A DNA stretch of 64,000 bases, from positions 4,321 through 68,320 of the forward strand of contig JACRKU010000024.1 of the NCBI GenBank assembly GCA_016215205.1, written 5' to 3'. Positions within the stretch are counted from its first letter, which is position 1; every line of letters begins with the position of its first letter. Both the position numbers and the translations under genes were made by a program. Shown here one piece after another: positions 18,203 to 27,744 of this stretch. The DNA is from Candidatus Yonathbacteria bacterium. GTDB lineage: Bacteria; Patescibacteriota; Minisyncoccia; Phycocordibacterales; UBA1550. The notes below the pieces were generated by a model. The model did no database searches, had not been told where the DNA came from, and worked only from the letters and a program-made list of their open reading frames with translations.

Positions 18203-20665
18203 CTACGCCCCGTGGCACTTCTTGTATTTTTTACCTGAACCGCACGGACAAGGGTCGTTGCGCCCAATTTTGTCGGAGCGGATAGGCGCCACAGTAGACG
18301 CCTCATCTTCTCCACCGCCGATTAGAGTAGCGTGTTTCACCACCTCGCGGGCTTTTTCTTCTTCTTTTTTAAATGCGTCGGCGGCAATTGCGGGTACAAG
18401 GCGCAAAATTTCGTTCTGCACATTCTCCTTCATCTCGCGGAAAAGGCGAAGTCCTTCTTTTTTGTATTCCACAAGCGGGTCGCGCTGTCCGTACGCGCGA
18501 AGGTTCACCGATGACTTCAAATATTCCATCGCGTCCAAATGTTCCATCCACATCATATCGACAACCTGGAGAATGAGGCGCTTCACCGCGTGATAAAATT
18601 CTGTCTCGCCGAGTCCGGAAACTTTCTCTCCAATAATTTTCGTAAGTTCTTCGTTGCCCGCTACAATTTCCGTGATATAAGCCTTTGATTCTGGAATGCC
18701 GCCCAAGAGAATCCCGCGACGCATGCCGTACACATACGCGCGCTGTTTGGTCATCACGTCGTCATACGAAAGCACGTGCTTGCGCGAGTCAAAATGAAAT
18801 CCTTCGATTTTTTCCTGCGCGGTCTCAAGCGAACGAGAAATCATTTTGTTTTGAATCGCCTCATCTTCGGGGATACCGAGCCTGCCCATCATATTCTTCA
18901 CGACATCCGATGCAAAGACCCGCATAAGACTGTCTTCCATCGATACAAAAAACTGTGTTTCGCCGGGGTCCCCTTGGCGACCTGCGCGCCCGCGAAGCTG
19001 ATTGTCGATACGGCGCGCTTCGTGGCGTTCGGTACCGAGCACAAAAAGCCCGCCAAGGGATTTGACTTCCTCATACAACTCCGTGGTCGACGGATTTCCG
19101 CCGAGCTTGATGTCCACACCGCGACCCGCCATGTTGGTCGCAATGACCACGCTCCCCTTTCGACCCGCCTGCGCGATAATTTCTCCCTCGCGTTCGTGGT
19201 TCTTTGCATTCAAAACCTCATGCGGAACGCCTTCGCGCTTTAAATACTCCGAGAGAAGCTCGTTCTTTTCAATCGAAACTGTGCCAATGAGCACAGGCTG
19301 ACCTTTTGCGTTAAGCTCCTTCACTTTTCGCGCAATAGCTTTGAACTTTCCATTTTCAGTTTGAAAAATAAGGTCGGTGCGGTCAAGGCGCGACACAGAG
19401 CGATTGGTTGGGATCTGCGTCACCTCAAGTCCGTACACTTTATAGAACTCCTCGCTCGAAGTTTCCGCAGTTCCGGTCATCCCCGAAAGCTTGTCGTAAA
19501 GACGGAAGTAGTTTTGGAATGTGATTGACGCAAATGTCCGCGATTCTTTTTGAATTTTCACCGCCTCTTTTGCCTCTACTGCCTGATGCAAGCCCTCTGA
19601 CCAACGACGCCCCGGCTGAAGGCGCCCCGTAAACTCATCTACAATAATAACCTCATCATCTTTTACGACGTATTCCTTGTCTTTAATAAAAAGCGCCTGT
19701 GCGCGAACAGCGGTCTCCAAATGATGCACATATTTCACCCCGCGTTCAGTGTAAATGTTCTCTACGCCCAAAAGCTCTTCGGCGCGATTGATTCCCTCTT
19801 CGGTAAGCTGAATTGCTTTCAACTTTTCGTCCACTGTATAGTGCTCTGGTGCTTTCAGTTTTCCTGCAATGCCCGCAAAAACGGTGTATAAATTTTCCGC
19901 ATCGCCAGATGGCGCAGAAATGATGAGCGGGGTGCGCGCTTCGTCTATTAAAATGGAGTCAATCTCGTCCACGATTGCGAAATGATAATCGCGCTGTGCT
20001 ATGTCCCCGGTCGTGTACGCGACATTGTCGCGGAGATAATCAAAACCGAATTCGTTATTGGTACCGTATGTAATGTCCGCGCGGTATGCATCCTGTTTTG
20101 AACAAGGACGCATAAATTCGTGAATGACTTTAAATGAACCAAGCATGTCACGCTCAGAATCAAGCTCTTGGTGGTTCGGATCGTAGAGATACGAAGACAT
20201 GTGGTTGAGCACCCCGACAGATAGACCGAGGAAAGAATAAATCTGCCCCATCCATGTTGCATCGCGACGAGAAAGATAATCATTCACCGTCACGACATGC
20301 ACGCCTTTGGAAGAGAGGGCATTTAAATATGCCGGAAGGGTTGCGACAAGAGTTTTTCCTTCTCCGGTCATCATCTCGGCAATTTTCCCCTCGTGGAGCG
20401 CGATTCCGCCGGCAAGCTGAACATCGTAGTGGCGCTGGCCTAGGGTTCGGCGCGACGCTTCACGCACAACCGCAAATGCTTCGGGAAGAATGTCGTCCAA
20501 AGCCGTACCGGAGGTCAAACGTGCGCGAAATTCCTCCGTTTTCGCGCGCAGAGCGTCATCTGAAAGCGTTTTCAGAATAGGTTCAAAATTATTAATTTTC
20601 TTTACCAATGGCGCGTACTTCCGGGCTTCCCCGCCGCCTCCAAAGATGGTTTTTAGAAATGACAT
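18203..20665 (-). CDS. secA: Preprotein translocase SecA
   Basis: [42 protein letters not shown]-terminal [19 protein letters not shown]. Confidence 0.98.
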   Translation of the reverse strand: MSFLKTIFGGGGEARKYAPLVKKINNFEPILKTLSDDALRAKTEEFRARLTSGTALDDILPEAFAVVREASRRTLGQRHYDVQLAGGIALHEGKIAEMMTGEGKTLVATLPAYLNALSSKGVHVVTVNDYLSRRDATWMGQIYSFLGLSVGVLNHMSSYLYDPNHQELDSERDMLGSFKVIHEFMRPCSKQDAYRADITYGTNNEFGFDYLRDNVAYTTGDIAQRDYHFAIVDEIDSILIDEARTPLIISAPSGDAENLYTVFAGIAGKLKAPEHYTVDEKLKAIQLTEEGINRAEELLGVENIYTERGVKYVHHLETAVRAQALFIKDKEYVVKDDEVIIVDEFTGRLQPGRRWSEGLHQAVEAKEAVKIQKESRTFASITFQNYFRLYDKLSGMTGTAETSSEEFYKVYGLEVTQIPTNRSVSRLDRTDLIFQTENGKFKAIARKVKELNAKGQPVLIGTVSIEKNELLSEYLKREGVPHEVLNAKNHEREGEIIAQAGRKGSVVIATNMAGRGVDIKLGGNPSTTELYEEVKSLGGLFVLGTERHEARRIDNQLRGRAGRQGDPGETQFFVSMEDSLMRVFASDVVKNMMGRLGIPEDEAIQNKMISRSLETAQEKIEGFHFDSRKHVLSYDDVMTKQRAYVYGMRRGILLGGIPESKAYITEIVAGNEELTKIIGEKVSGLGETEFYHAVKRLILQVVDMMWMEHLDAMEYLKSSVNLRAYGQRDPLVEYKKEGLRLFREMKENVQNEILRLVPAIAADAFKKEEEKAREVVKHATLIGGGEDEASTVAPIRSDKIGRNDPCPCGSGKKYKKCHGA

Positions 20666-20725
20666 TTAAACACTTTAACATAAAACCCCGTTCTGCTGAA
20701 GTAGCCGCTTCTGCGGGCTCAAAAA

Positions 20726-20761
20726 GCAAAATCCCCGCCTAAAACCAGACGGGGATTTTGC
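20726..20761 (-). terminator. Intrinsic terminator after the small basic ORF
   Basis: Minus strand GCAAAATCCCCGTCT-GGTTTT-AGGCGGGGATTTTGC followed by TTTTT. Confidence 0.7.
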
Positions 20762-20771
20762 GAAAGCGTGG

Positions 20772-20840
20772 TTACGCGCGCTTTGCAGAGCGCTTCTTTG
20801 ACTTTTTTGCTGCTTTCTTAGCCTTTTTCTTTGCTGCCAT
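20772..20840 (-). CDS. 22-aa Lys/Ala-rich basic peptide MAAKKKAKKAAKKSKKRSAKRA
   Basis: Hand translated, below the ORF-track cutoff; ATG...TAA followed by a terminator; strongly non-random composition. Confidence 0.65.
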   Translation of the reverse strand: MAAKKKAKKAAKKSKKRSAKRA

Positions 20841-21071
20841 GTTTTTGTATGCTGTCTCGAGATGCATTGCTATATCTCAAAACGATGTATGCAAATTATT
20901 ATCTACAATAATGTTCGACCCGAGGTATAAATTATTTTCTAAACCTCGCGTATAATTATTGGATCATTTTTTGTGTGGAATTTCATCCACACTCTGTACT
21001 GTGATCTACTATTATTATCCCGCATACAAAAATCAAACACAATACGTTTTGAAATTAAACTGTGGATAACT

Positions 21072-21109
21072 CGCATGCACAGATTTTTTTCAAAAAATCT
21101 GTGCATGCG
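21072..21109. terminator. 18-bp inverted repeat downstream of murB
   Basis: CGCATGCACAGATTTTTT-TC-AAAAAATCTGTGCATGCG. Confidence 0.6.
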
Positions 21110-21110
21110 T

Positions 21111-21213
21111 CAAAAGTTGAAAGTCACAAGTAAAAAGTAAATGCAAAATGCATTCACTTTCAACTTCGAATCAACTGATTTCGTGGCTCGGCCATAAACA
21201 CTTTTAACTTTTT
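21111..21213. repeat. Inverted heptamer arrays carrying palindromic element copy 2
   Basis: CAAAAGT TGAAAGT CACAAGT AAAAAGT ... ACTTTCA ACTTCGA ... ACTTTTA ACTTTTT; element TTCGAATCAACTGATTTCGTGGCTCGGCCAT at 21165-21195. Confidence 0.7.
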
Positions 21214-22214
21214 ACTAGTATCACTTCTTCTTCAAGCAATACTCCTGTTTTTTCTTTTATGTCGCTCTTCATTTCATCTGTGAGCGACAATATTTCTTCC
21301 GCAGTCGCAGTGCCATAGTTTACTAAAATGAGTGCGTTTTTTTCATGCACGCCCGCGCCCTGTCGACGTACGCCGCGCCACTTTCCAGCATGGTCAAGGA
21401 GCCATCCAGCCGAAAGCTTTACGCTATTATCTGCTTGTAAATAGCCCTTAATCTCAGGAAGCTCGTTTTTTAGCGCTTCGTATTCTGGAACAGAAACAAC
21501 TGGATTTTTGAAAAATGAACCTGCGGTGCCAATGCCGGGTGCAGGCATTTTCCATGTGCGAATAGCGACAATCGCTTCACGAATTTCTCCAAGCGCGGGC
21601 GACTTAATCCCGCGTTCCGCAAAATAATTTTTTACATCTTCGTAGTCCGCGCGCGGAGTACCGTTCTGCGCGAGCTCAAATGTAACGCGCGTAACGACAA
21701 GATTTTTATTTTTTTTGAAAATACTTTCGCGGTAGCCAAATTCACATTCCGCTCGCAAAAATATTTTTGTTTGCGTCGTTTTCATATCAAATGCTTCTAC
21801 AGAGAAAATTGTGTCGCATGCCTCCACTCCGTACGCGCCAATATTTTGTACCGCCGCGCCGCCGACTGTCCCGGGAATAAGCGACAGATTTTCGATCCCA
21901 CACAAATTGTGCGCCACAACATCGCTCACAACTTCATCCCACACAACGCCCGCGCCCGCGGTAATATGATTATTTTTATAAGTGATTCCCTTGAATTCTA
22001 TCTTTATGACTAGTCCAAAAAATCCAGCTCCCGAAACAAGCGTGTTTGAGCCGCCGCCAAGTATGAATATTGGCAGGTTTTTTGAACGAGCAAAAAACAC
22101 CGCTTCGGAAAGCTCGTCGACCGTTCCGACACGCGCGAAGAAGCGCGCATTTCCGCCGACTCGCATCGTGGTAAATGGCGCTAGCAACACTTGTTCTTTA
22201 ACTTGAATACCCAT
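21204..22214 (-). CDS. murB: UDP-N-acetylmuramate dehydrogenase
   Basis: LGGGSNTL, GIENLSLIPGTVGGAAVQNIGAYG, FGYRESIFK, AGSFFKNP, ALILVN. Confidence 0.95.
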   Translation of the reverse strand: MGIQVKEQVLLAPFTTMRVGGNARFFARVGTVDELSEAVFFARSKNLPIFILGGGSNTLVSGAGFFGLVIKIEFKGITYKNNHITAGAGVVWDEVVSDVVAHNLCGIENLSLIPGTVGGAAVQNIGAYGVEACDTIFSVEAFDMKTTQTKIFLRAECEFGYRESIFKKNKNLVVTRVTFELAQNGTPRADYEDVKNYFAERGIKSPALGEIREAIVAIRTWKMPAPGIGTAGSFFKNPVVSVPEYEALKNELPEIKGYLQADNSVKLSAGWLLDHAGKWRGVRRQGAGVHEKNALILVNYGTATAEEILSLTDEMKSDIKEKTGVLLEEEVILVKS

Positions 22215-22230
22215 AAATAACTATACCACA

Positions 22231-22416
22231 AGAAAATCCAGAGAACCTCTGGGTTTTCTTTTCCTGTACTCTTATGGCCAGCGTGGGCGAGCTCCAAAAC
22301 AAATGTCTATGAGTGCAGACGCTAGCCATAGGAACACACGAACTATCTTAGTGCATGGAAAGTAGAATGTCGGAGCCGGAGTCTAGTCGGAACCAAACTC
22401 ACCATTCCATGCATGC
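22231..22416 (-). ncRNA. Candidate structured small RNA (~185 nt, 'long RNA')
   Basis: Upstream TTGCAC-N17-TACAAT (22450-22422); two long hairpins whose G-U pairs work on the minus strand; ends at hairpin 22231-22259; no convincing ORF. Confidence 0.5.
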
Positions 22417-22451
22417 CACATATTGTAAGCGATTTAGCTTTGAGGTGCAAT

Positions 22452-22541
22452 CAAAAAACATAAAACCCCGCTTGCGCGGGGTTTTATGTAGACATTCGTT
22501 TGTTTTGGAAGTACCTAGAGGTTTCCCTCACTGCACTCATA
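22452..22541 (-). ncRNA. Candidate small RNA (~90 nt, 'short RNA') partly antisense to the long RNA
   Basis: Extended -10 TGcTAGTAT (22555-22547); terminator ACATAAAACCCCGC-N4-GCGGGGTTTTATGT plus T-run (22453-22489). Confidence 0.45.
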
Positions 22542-22588
22542 CAAACATACTAGCAGAAACAAGAAAAAAGTCGAGCAGGCCCCTACGG

Positions 22589-23395
22589 TTAGTCCGCCCA
22601 GATTACGAAAGTAAAGACTTTCTGGCCATTTCCAAGATTGCGCTCATGGAGAGAGCTCCGCCCGTCATTAGATTTTCGTATCACCTTTCCCCATTCCGAT
22701 GGATTTTCAGTATCAATATCAGAAACACGAGCAGGAGCCACGCCGGATATTTTGTTCAGAAGCGTCGTAATACTGTCGAAGTGCGCATAAATAGTATCAA
22801 GCATATCGTAATCGTGCGTGTTCGGGCGCTCGTTGCTTGGCTGATTATAGAGGACTCCGCTCGGATCATTCGTATAATCCATACATGTGCCGAGATTTAT
22901 GTTGGTGAATATCTCATCTTGATGGTCAAGACCGAAAGTATGCCCGACTTCTTGACACATAACGAACTGTCTCCACGCGGTGGTATTATATTTTGCGGTA
23001 TTAAAGTATGTGTCGTTCAACTTTACTGTGCCCTGCGTAATATGACCGCCACTTGCCCATATGGAAGCAATCCCCAACCAGCCGTTGTTACCGTATGTTT
23101 TGTTGCAAACTTCCACACGACCGTTTGTCGGACGGCAATTTTTTTTACTCTGCCCAGGCACGATATTGGTATCGAGAACCGAAGAAATGCTCCAATCGTA
23201 TGAAGTTGCGACAAGGCGAGTGTCCCATATCGCTCCAACATTATCTCCAAGTTTCAAGGTAAACGGGTTTGCGGTACGCGCCCAGTGGTAACCGCCCCAC
23301 GAATGACTCGCTGACGCGACTGTCGCGAACGCGGAAACTGACAATACTACGGCCACAACTCCGATAAACGCCTTAATGCGATATTGTTTGTTCAT
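22589..23395 (-). CDS. Secreted metzincin-like protein with a QExxH variant zinc motif
   Basis: Signal peptide; MCQEVGHTFGLDH, then Met-turn-like TCMDY. Confidence 0.7.
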   Translation of the reverse strand: MNKQYRIKAFIGVVAVVLSVSAFATVASASHSWGGYHWARTANPFTLKLGDNVGAIWDTRLVATSYDWSISSVLDTNIVPGQSKKNCRPTNGRVEVCNKTYGNNGWLGIASIWASGGHITQGTVKLNDTYFNTAKYNTTAWRQFVMCQEVGHTFGLDHQDEIFTNINLGTCMDYTNDPSGVLYNQPSNERPNTHDYDMLDTIYAHFDSITTLLNKISGVAPARVSDIDTENPSEWGKVIRKSNDGRSSLHERNLGNGQKVFTFVIWAD

Positions 23396-23445
23396 ACTTG
23401 CATTGTATACCCCTATTTTAAAATTACAATGTCCTTGGTTTTTTA

Positions 23446-25413
23446 CTACAGGCTTACATTTGGAATAGGATGTGCTTTCAAGATTTTTTCCGCTTCGGCT
23501 CTTTTCCCGTTCACCATCAAAATCTGCAAATAATACTTCTCGGCAGTCTCAAACTCTGGTGCGAGTTCAAATGCGCGCTTAAATATTTCCTCAGTTTTTA
23601 CTGTGTCCTTCTTGCCGTAATACGCGCTTCCAAGCTCAAATAAAATTGTTTGCTTTGTTGGTGAAAGTTCCAATGCCTTGGTTAAATAAGTGATTCCCTT
23701 ATCTATCTCCCCTGTTTTTGCTAGGAAAGAGCCGGCGAAAAGTTGATGACGCGCGTCGCGCGGAAGCTCTGTGACCTGTTTCTCAATCTCGCTTCCGGCA
23801 AGAGCGAGAAATTGTTTCTGCATGTCCGATATTCCTTTCGATTGGTCGAAAGCGTTCATTGAAAAAGATGCGAGCTGTTCGCGAATCTCTGCTGTTCCAA
23901 ACGAATTATACCCGATAGCATCTTTGAAAAGACCTAGATTATACGACGCTCCTATTTCTGATCGCTCCGATAGTGCGCGAATAAGCGTCGTGTTTTGCAT
24001 ATAGCCGTTGTAGTTTACTGTATAGATGAGCACAAGCGCGAGAATAACTGCGCCACCAGAAACTATGAACGTTAAGTCTTCCTCTTCGGCCCCTGCTTTG
24101 AGTTTGCCCTGTGGTTTTTTGCTTTCGATTTCTCTATGACTCATGCTTTCAATATACGCAAGAATTGTCCCAAAGTAGATAAGTGAAGAGATATTATCAA
24201 ACACAAAAAGATTTTGGAAAAAGTATCCGCCGAGGAGGCCCGTGAACACACTTTTCTCCACAATAGACAATTCGTCTGCTCGACGCCAGATACAATATAT
24301 AGCGCATCCAAAAAGCGACAAGTATCCGAAAAGTCCGAGTGCGCCGCCGGCAATAAGCCAATCAAAAAATACATTGTGCGCGCGGTCAAACCACTGCTCC
24401 TGACCCCACATGTTCGGGTCGTAGTATTTATTGAAAACATAATTGAAATTATCCATTCCCCATCCAAGGATTGGGCGTTCTTTGAATCCTTCAATTGCCA
24501 TGCCCCAAACCATAAGGCGCGCCTTACCTGTTCCCTCGCTTGGAGATATAGCTGCGAGGCGCGACAGAACTGGGCTATTCTGTATGAAAGATGCATCACG
24601 AAGAGCAACAAACCCTCCAACAAAGATTACAATTGCGAGCAAAACACCAATCGCGCCTTTCTGGACAGCTTTGTTGTTTCTCTCAAAAATAGCAACAAGA
24701 AACGTTGCGAGGCCAAGTCCCGCAAGAAGCCCGAGCGTTGCTCCACGCGTCCCAGCGTGGTAAAGCACAAATGTTTGAATGAGAATAATTGCGCCGTATA
24801 TTGCCACACGCGCTCTTTCGCCTGCTGTTGTAAAACTTTGGCGAACAATAAAAAATCCTGCTAAAAAAATATTAAAGAGCGCGTAGGTGCTCAAATACTC
24901 CGCATTGCCGAGAGTACCATTGATACGGATGCCGTCTTGCACGACTTCAAGCGCCCCCGCCCATTGCATGACACCGTAAAGAGCCATGATGACCCCGACG
25001 CCGAGATTAAAGTTTAAATATGGCCGCCAAAAACCGCGCGCGGTGAGCACCGTAGTCGCGACGATAAAGTACGCAAAAAGATGAAAATATGTTACCACTC
25101 CCTCCATTCGCTCAAAGTTGGACCAGAAACTCTTTGCGGGATTTTCGCCAAAGATTGCCGCCATAGTAATAATGCTGATAAATGCGGCAAAAACGCCGAG
25201 GAGATAGCTTTTCTTTGGTCGGTACGTCGGGTCGATAAATGCGAGGACAAGCCACGCAGAAAACATTATTTCAACAACGATACGGAATGCGAAGTTCTTC
25301 CCGACAATAAAAGGGAAAAACGTTGTATCGCCAAGTATGATAAACGGAATAAAAGGCACCGCGAGGAAACCCGCCAAAACCACCGCATTCGCCAAAATTT
25401 TATGTATGTTCAT
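23446..25413 (-). CDS. O-antigen ligase (Wzy_C/WaaL-like) membrane protein with C-terminal TPRs
   Basis: Many TMs; RINGTLGNAEY, GTRGA, ARLMVW...ERPILGWG, DRAHNVFFD; TPR-like helices. Confidence 0.85.
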   Translation of the reverse strand: MNIHKILANAVVLAGFLAVPFIPFIILGDTTFFPFIVGKNFAFRIVVEIMFSAWLVLAFIDPTYRPKKSYLLGVFAAFISIITMAAIFGENPAKSFWSNFERMEGVVTYFHLFAYFIVATTVLTARGFWRPYLNFNLGVGVIMALYGVMQWAGALEVVQDGIRINGTLGNAEYLSTYALFNIFLAGFFIVRQSFTTAGERARVAIYGAIILIQTFVLYHAGTRGATLGLLAGLGLATFLVAIFERNNKAVQKGAIGVLLAIVIFVGGFVALRDASFIQNSPVLSRLAAISPSEGTGKARLMVWGMAIEGFKERPILGWGMDNFNYVFNKYYDPNMWGQEQWFDRAHNVFFDWLIAGGALGLFGYLSLFGCAIYCIWRRADELSIVEKSVFTGLLGGYFFQNLFVFDNISSLIYFGTILAYIESMSHREIESKKPQGKLKAGAEEEDLTFIVSGGAVILALVLIYTVNYNGYMQNTTLIRALSERSEIGASYNLGLFKDAIGYNSFGTAEIREQLASFSMNAFDQSKGISDMQKQFLALAGSEIEKQVTELPRDARHQLFAGSFLAKTGEIDKGITYLTKALELSPTKQTILFELGSAYYGKKDTVKTEEIFKRAFELAPEFETAEKYYLQILMVNGKRAEAEKILKAHPIPNVSL

Positions 25414-25444
25414 TGTCTCCAACTATATCATAAAAAATCAAAAA

Positions 25445-26113
25445 CTACTCGCTATGCCGTTTCAAGAGCCACGAGCTCGATTGCACCTTCCCTCCACCGA
25501 CATTAAAGACCATCTCAACACCGAGCTCTTTGCAAATTTTCGCCTCTGGAATATCCGCTTCTGCTTTGCGGTCTCCGCCATTCGCAAACACATTAGGACG
25601 AATTCTTTCAATGGCTTCTCCAACATCATTACGGTCGCTCTCAAGAATAAACACGTCATCGACACAGCTGAAACCGCGAACGATTCCTGCGCGTTCTTCT
25701 TGATTCATAAAATTTTTGCCCTTTTTGCGAATGAGCCATTTATCTGAGTTGAGCACCACAACCAATTTATCGCCGAGCTTTTTTGCTTCCTCAAACATTT
25801 GCAAATGACCGACATGGACAGGGTCGAAACCGCCGCTTACCATCACCACGCGCTTTGCGGTCTCACGACCATAATCATCTTCGTAGCGAATGATATCATT
25901 TTCATCCGGCTCTCCGTGTATAAACTCAAAATACACGCCGGGCAAGAGCCGATGTTTTTGCATCGGGTCAACTCGGTAAAACCCAAAGTGCCATTCGGTG
26001 CGCCGGCTATGGGACTGCAAACTCGTACGTCCGCGCACTAAAATAAACTTAAGCCAAGAATGCTTGGTGCTAAAAACCTTCCACATTGTCCCCCATGGTC
26101 GTACGATTTTCAT
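25445..26113 (-). CDS. Fusion of a reduced ManC-type cupin and a cytidylyltransferase-like (HxGH) domain
   Basis: RPWG...SLQSH..R.EW...DIIRYEDDYGR, then SGGFDPVHVGH...FANGGDR...KVQSSSW. Confidence 0.75.
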   Translation of the reverse strand: MKIVRPWGTMWKVFSTKHSWLKFILVRGRTSLQSHSRRTEWHFGFYRVDPMQKHRLLPGVYFEFIHGEPDENDIIRYEDDYGRETAKRVVMVSGGFDPVHVGHLQMFEEAKKLGDKLVVVLNSDKWLIRKKGKNFMNQEERAGIVRGFSCVDDVFILESDRNDVGEAIERIRPNVFANGGDRKAEADIPEAKICKELGVEMVFNVGGGKVQSSSWLLKRHSE

Positions 26114-26186
26114 GTAAAATACTGTAGCATAAAGAATCCCGCCAAGCTACTCAACGAAACCAAAATAGTGTACTATGCTCGTATAT

Positions 26187-27269
26187 ATGAAAAAAGCGCT
26201 TATCACCGGCATCACGGGGCAGGACGGTTCATACCTCGCTGAGCTCCTTATCGAAAAAGGGTACGAGGTGCACGGCATCATACGCCGCGCAAGCAGTTTC
26301 AACACGGGAAGAATCGACCACATCTACCAAGACCCGCACGACAAGGGCAAGAGACTATTCCTTCATTATGGCGACCTCACCGACTCCACAAACTTGATAA
26401 GAATAATCAAAGATGTTCAACCTGATGAAATTTACAACCTTGCGGCGCAAAGCCATGTAAAAGTATCTTTTGAGACTCCTGAATATACGGGAAACTCTGA
26501 TGCGCTTGGCACACTTCGAATACTTGAAGCAATTCGCCTACTTGGTCTAGATAAAAAAACAAAATACTATCAGGCATCAACCTCAGAAATGTTTGGGTCG
26601 ACTCCCCCGCCACAGAGTGAAGGTACGGCCTTTTATCCGCGCAGTCCCTACGGAGCGGCAAAACTCTACGCCCACTTTATAACCATAAACTACAGAGAGG
26701 CGTATGGCATCTTTGCGGTGTCGGGAATACTTTTCAATCATGAATCACCTCGCCGCGGCGAAACATTCGTCACAAAAAAAATTACACGCGCGGCCGCAAG
26801 AATAAAATTGGGACTTCAAGAAAAACTATTTTTGGGGAACCTCAACGCAAAACGAGACTGGGGGCACGCCAAAGATTATGTCAAAGCGATGTATCTGATG
26901 CTTCAACAACCCGCGCCAAAAGACTACGTCATAGCAACAGGTACACAATATTCCGTAAGAGAATTCTGTGAAGCTGTTTTTAAAGAACTGGACATAACAA
27001 TCATCTGGCAAGGAAAAGGTATCGACGAAAAAGGCATTGACAAAAAAACCGGAAAAACAATTATTGAAATTGACCCGCGCTATTTCCGCCCCGCAGAAGT
27101 CGAGTCACTGCTTGGCGACCCGACCAAAGCAAAAAATGAACTGGGATGGGGGGCCGAGATAAGTTTCGCGGAGCTGGTCAAAGAAATGGTCGCGACTGAC
27201 CTCGAAGAAGCGCAGATGGATGTCCACATGGAAAAGGGAGGTTTTATAACCAAAAAGCATCACGAATAA
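26187..27269 (+). CDS. gmd: GDP-mannose 4,6-dehydratase
   Basis: [47 protein letters not shown]. Confidence 0.96.
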   Translation: MKKALITGITGQDGSYLAELLIEKGYEVHGIIRRASSFNTGRIDHIYQDPHDKGKRLFLHYGDLTDSTNLIRIIKDVQPDEIYNLAAQSHVKVSFETPEYTGNSDALGTLRILEAIRLLGLDKKTKYYQASTSEMFGSTPPPQSEGTAFYPRSPYGAAKLYAHFITINYREAYGIFAVSGILFNHESPRRGETFVTKKITRAAARIKLGLQEKLFLGNLNAKRDWGHAKDYVKAMYLMLQQPAPKDYVIATGTQYSVREFCEAVFKELDITIIWQGKGIDEKGIDKKTGKTIIEIDPRYFRPAEVESLLGDPTKAKNELGWGAEISFAELVKEMVATDLEEAQMDVHMEKGGFITKKHHE

Positions 27270-27270
27270 T

Positions 27271-27744
27271 ATGCAAAATTTGCTCCCACGCGAAAAATAT
27301 AGAGAGGTTCTCGACATTACTCCTGTTTGTACTGCTGATATATTATTTTTCAACAGTGATAAAACAAAAACACTTCTCTTTAAAAGAGAAAACGAGCCGC
27401 TTCGAGGTGTTTATTTTTCTGTCGGCGGACGGCTTCTAAAGAATGAGCTATTGGAAAACTGCGCCGTACGCCAAGGGCTTCGAGAAGCGGGTATAAACAT
27501 AAATAGAAACGAGCTCACATTTGGCGGCGTACAAGAAGAGCTTCATCCGAATTCAGTGTTTGAAGGAGTGTCCTACCACGCGGTCGTTATTTACTACGGC
27601 TATGTGCTCAATGATGATGAGCTGATAAAACTTGATAGTCAGCACAGCGATTACGAATGGTTTTCTGTGTCTGATGATTCACTGCATCCGTTCATTAAAT
27701 CCAGAATTGCCAATTTGTTAAAAATCTATGGGAAAAAAATCTAA
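27271..27744 (+). CDS. gmm: GDP-mannose mannosyl hydrolase-like NUDIX protein
   Basis: Between gmd and fcl; KRENEPLRGVYFSVGGRLLKNE, YHAVVI, DSQHSDYEWF. Confidence 0.75.
   Translation: MQNLLPREKYREVLDITPVCTADILFFNSDKTKTLLFKRENEPLRGVYFSVGGRLLKNELLENCAVRQGLREAGININRNELTFGGVQEELHPNSVFEGVSYHAVVIYYGYVLNDDELIKLDSQHSDYEWFSVSDDSLHPFIKSRIANLLKIYGKKI

Noticed and set aside
20899-21069. DnaA-box-like sites (TGTGGATAA at 21061 exact; TTATCTACA at 20899 and TCATCCACA at 20983 with one mismatch) as oriC
   Set aside because: Only one perfect box, no dnaA/dnaN nearby and no switch in gene strand bias; the imperfect boxes fall within predicted leader hairpins. A single regulatory DnaA site remains possible.
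22293-22541. IS110 bridge RNA or retron msr-msd reading of the RNA pair
   Set aside because: No recombinase or reverse transcriptase in the window, and all matching blocks pair with the same strand, unlike bridge-RNA guides.
22355-23203. 282-aa plus-strand ORF
   Set aside because: Antisense shadow of the metzincin-like gene that runs across a terminator; no recognisable motifs.
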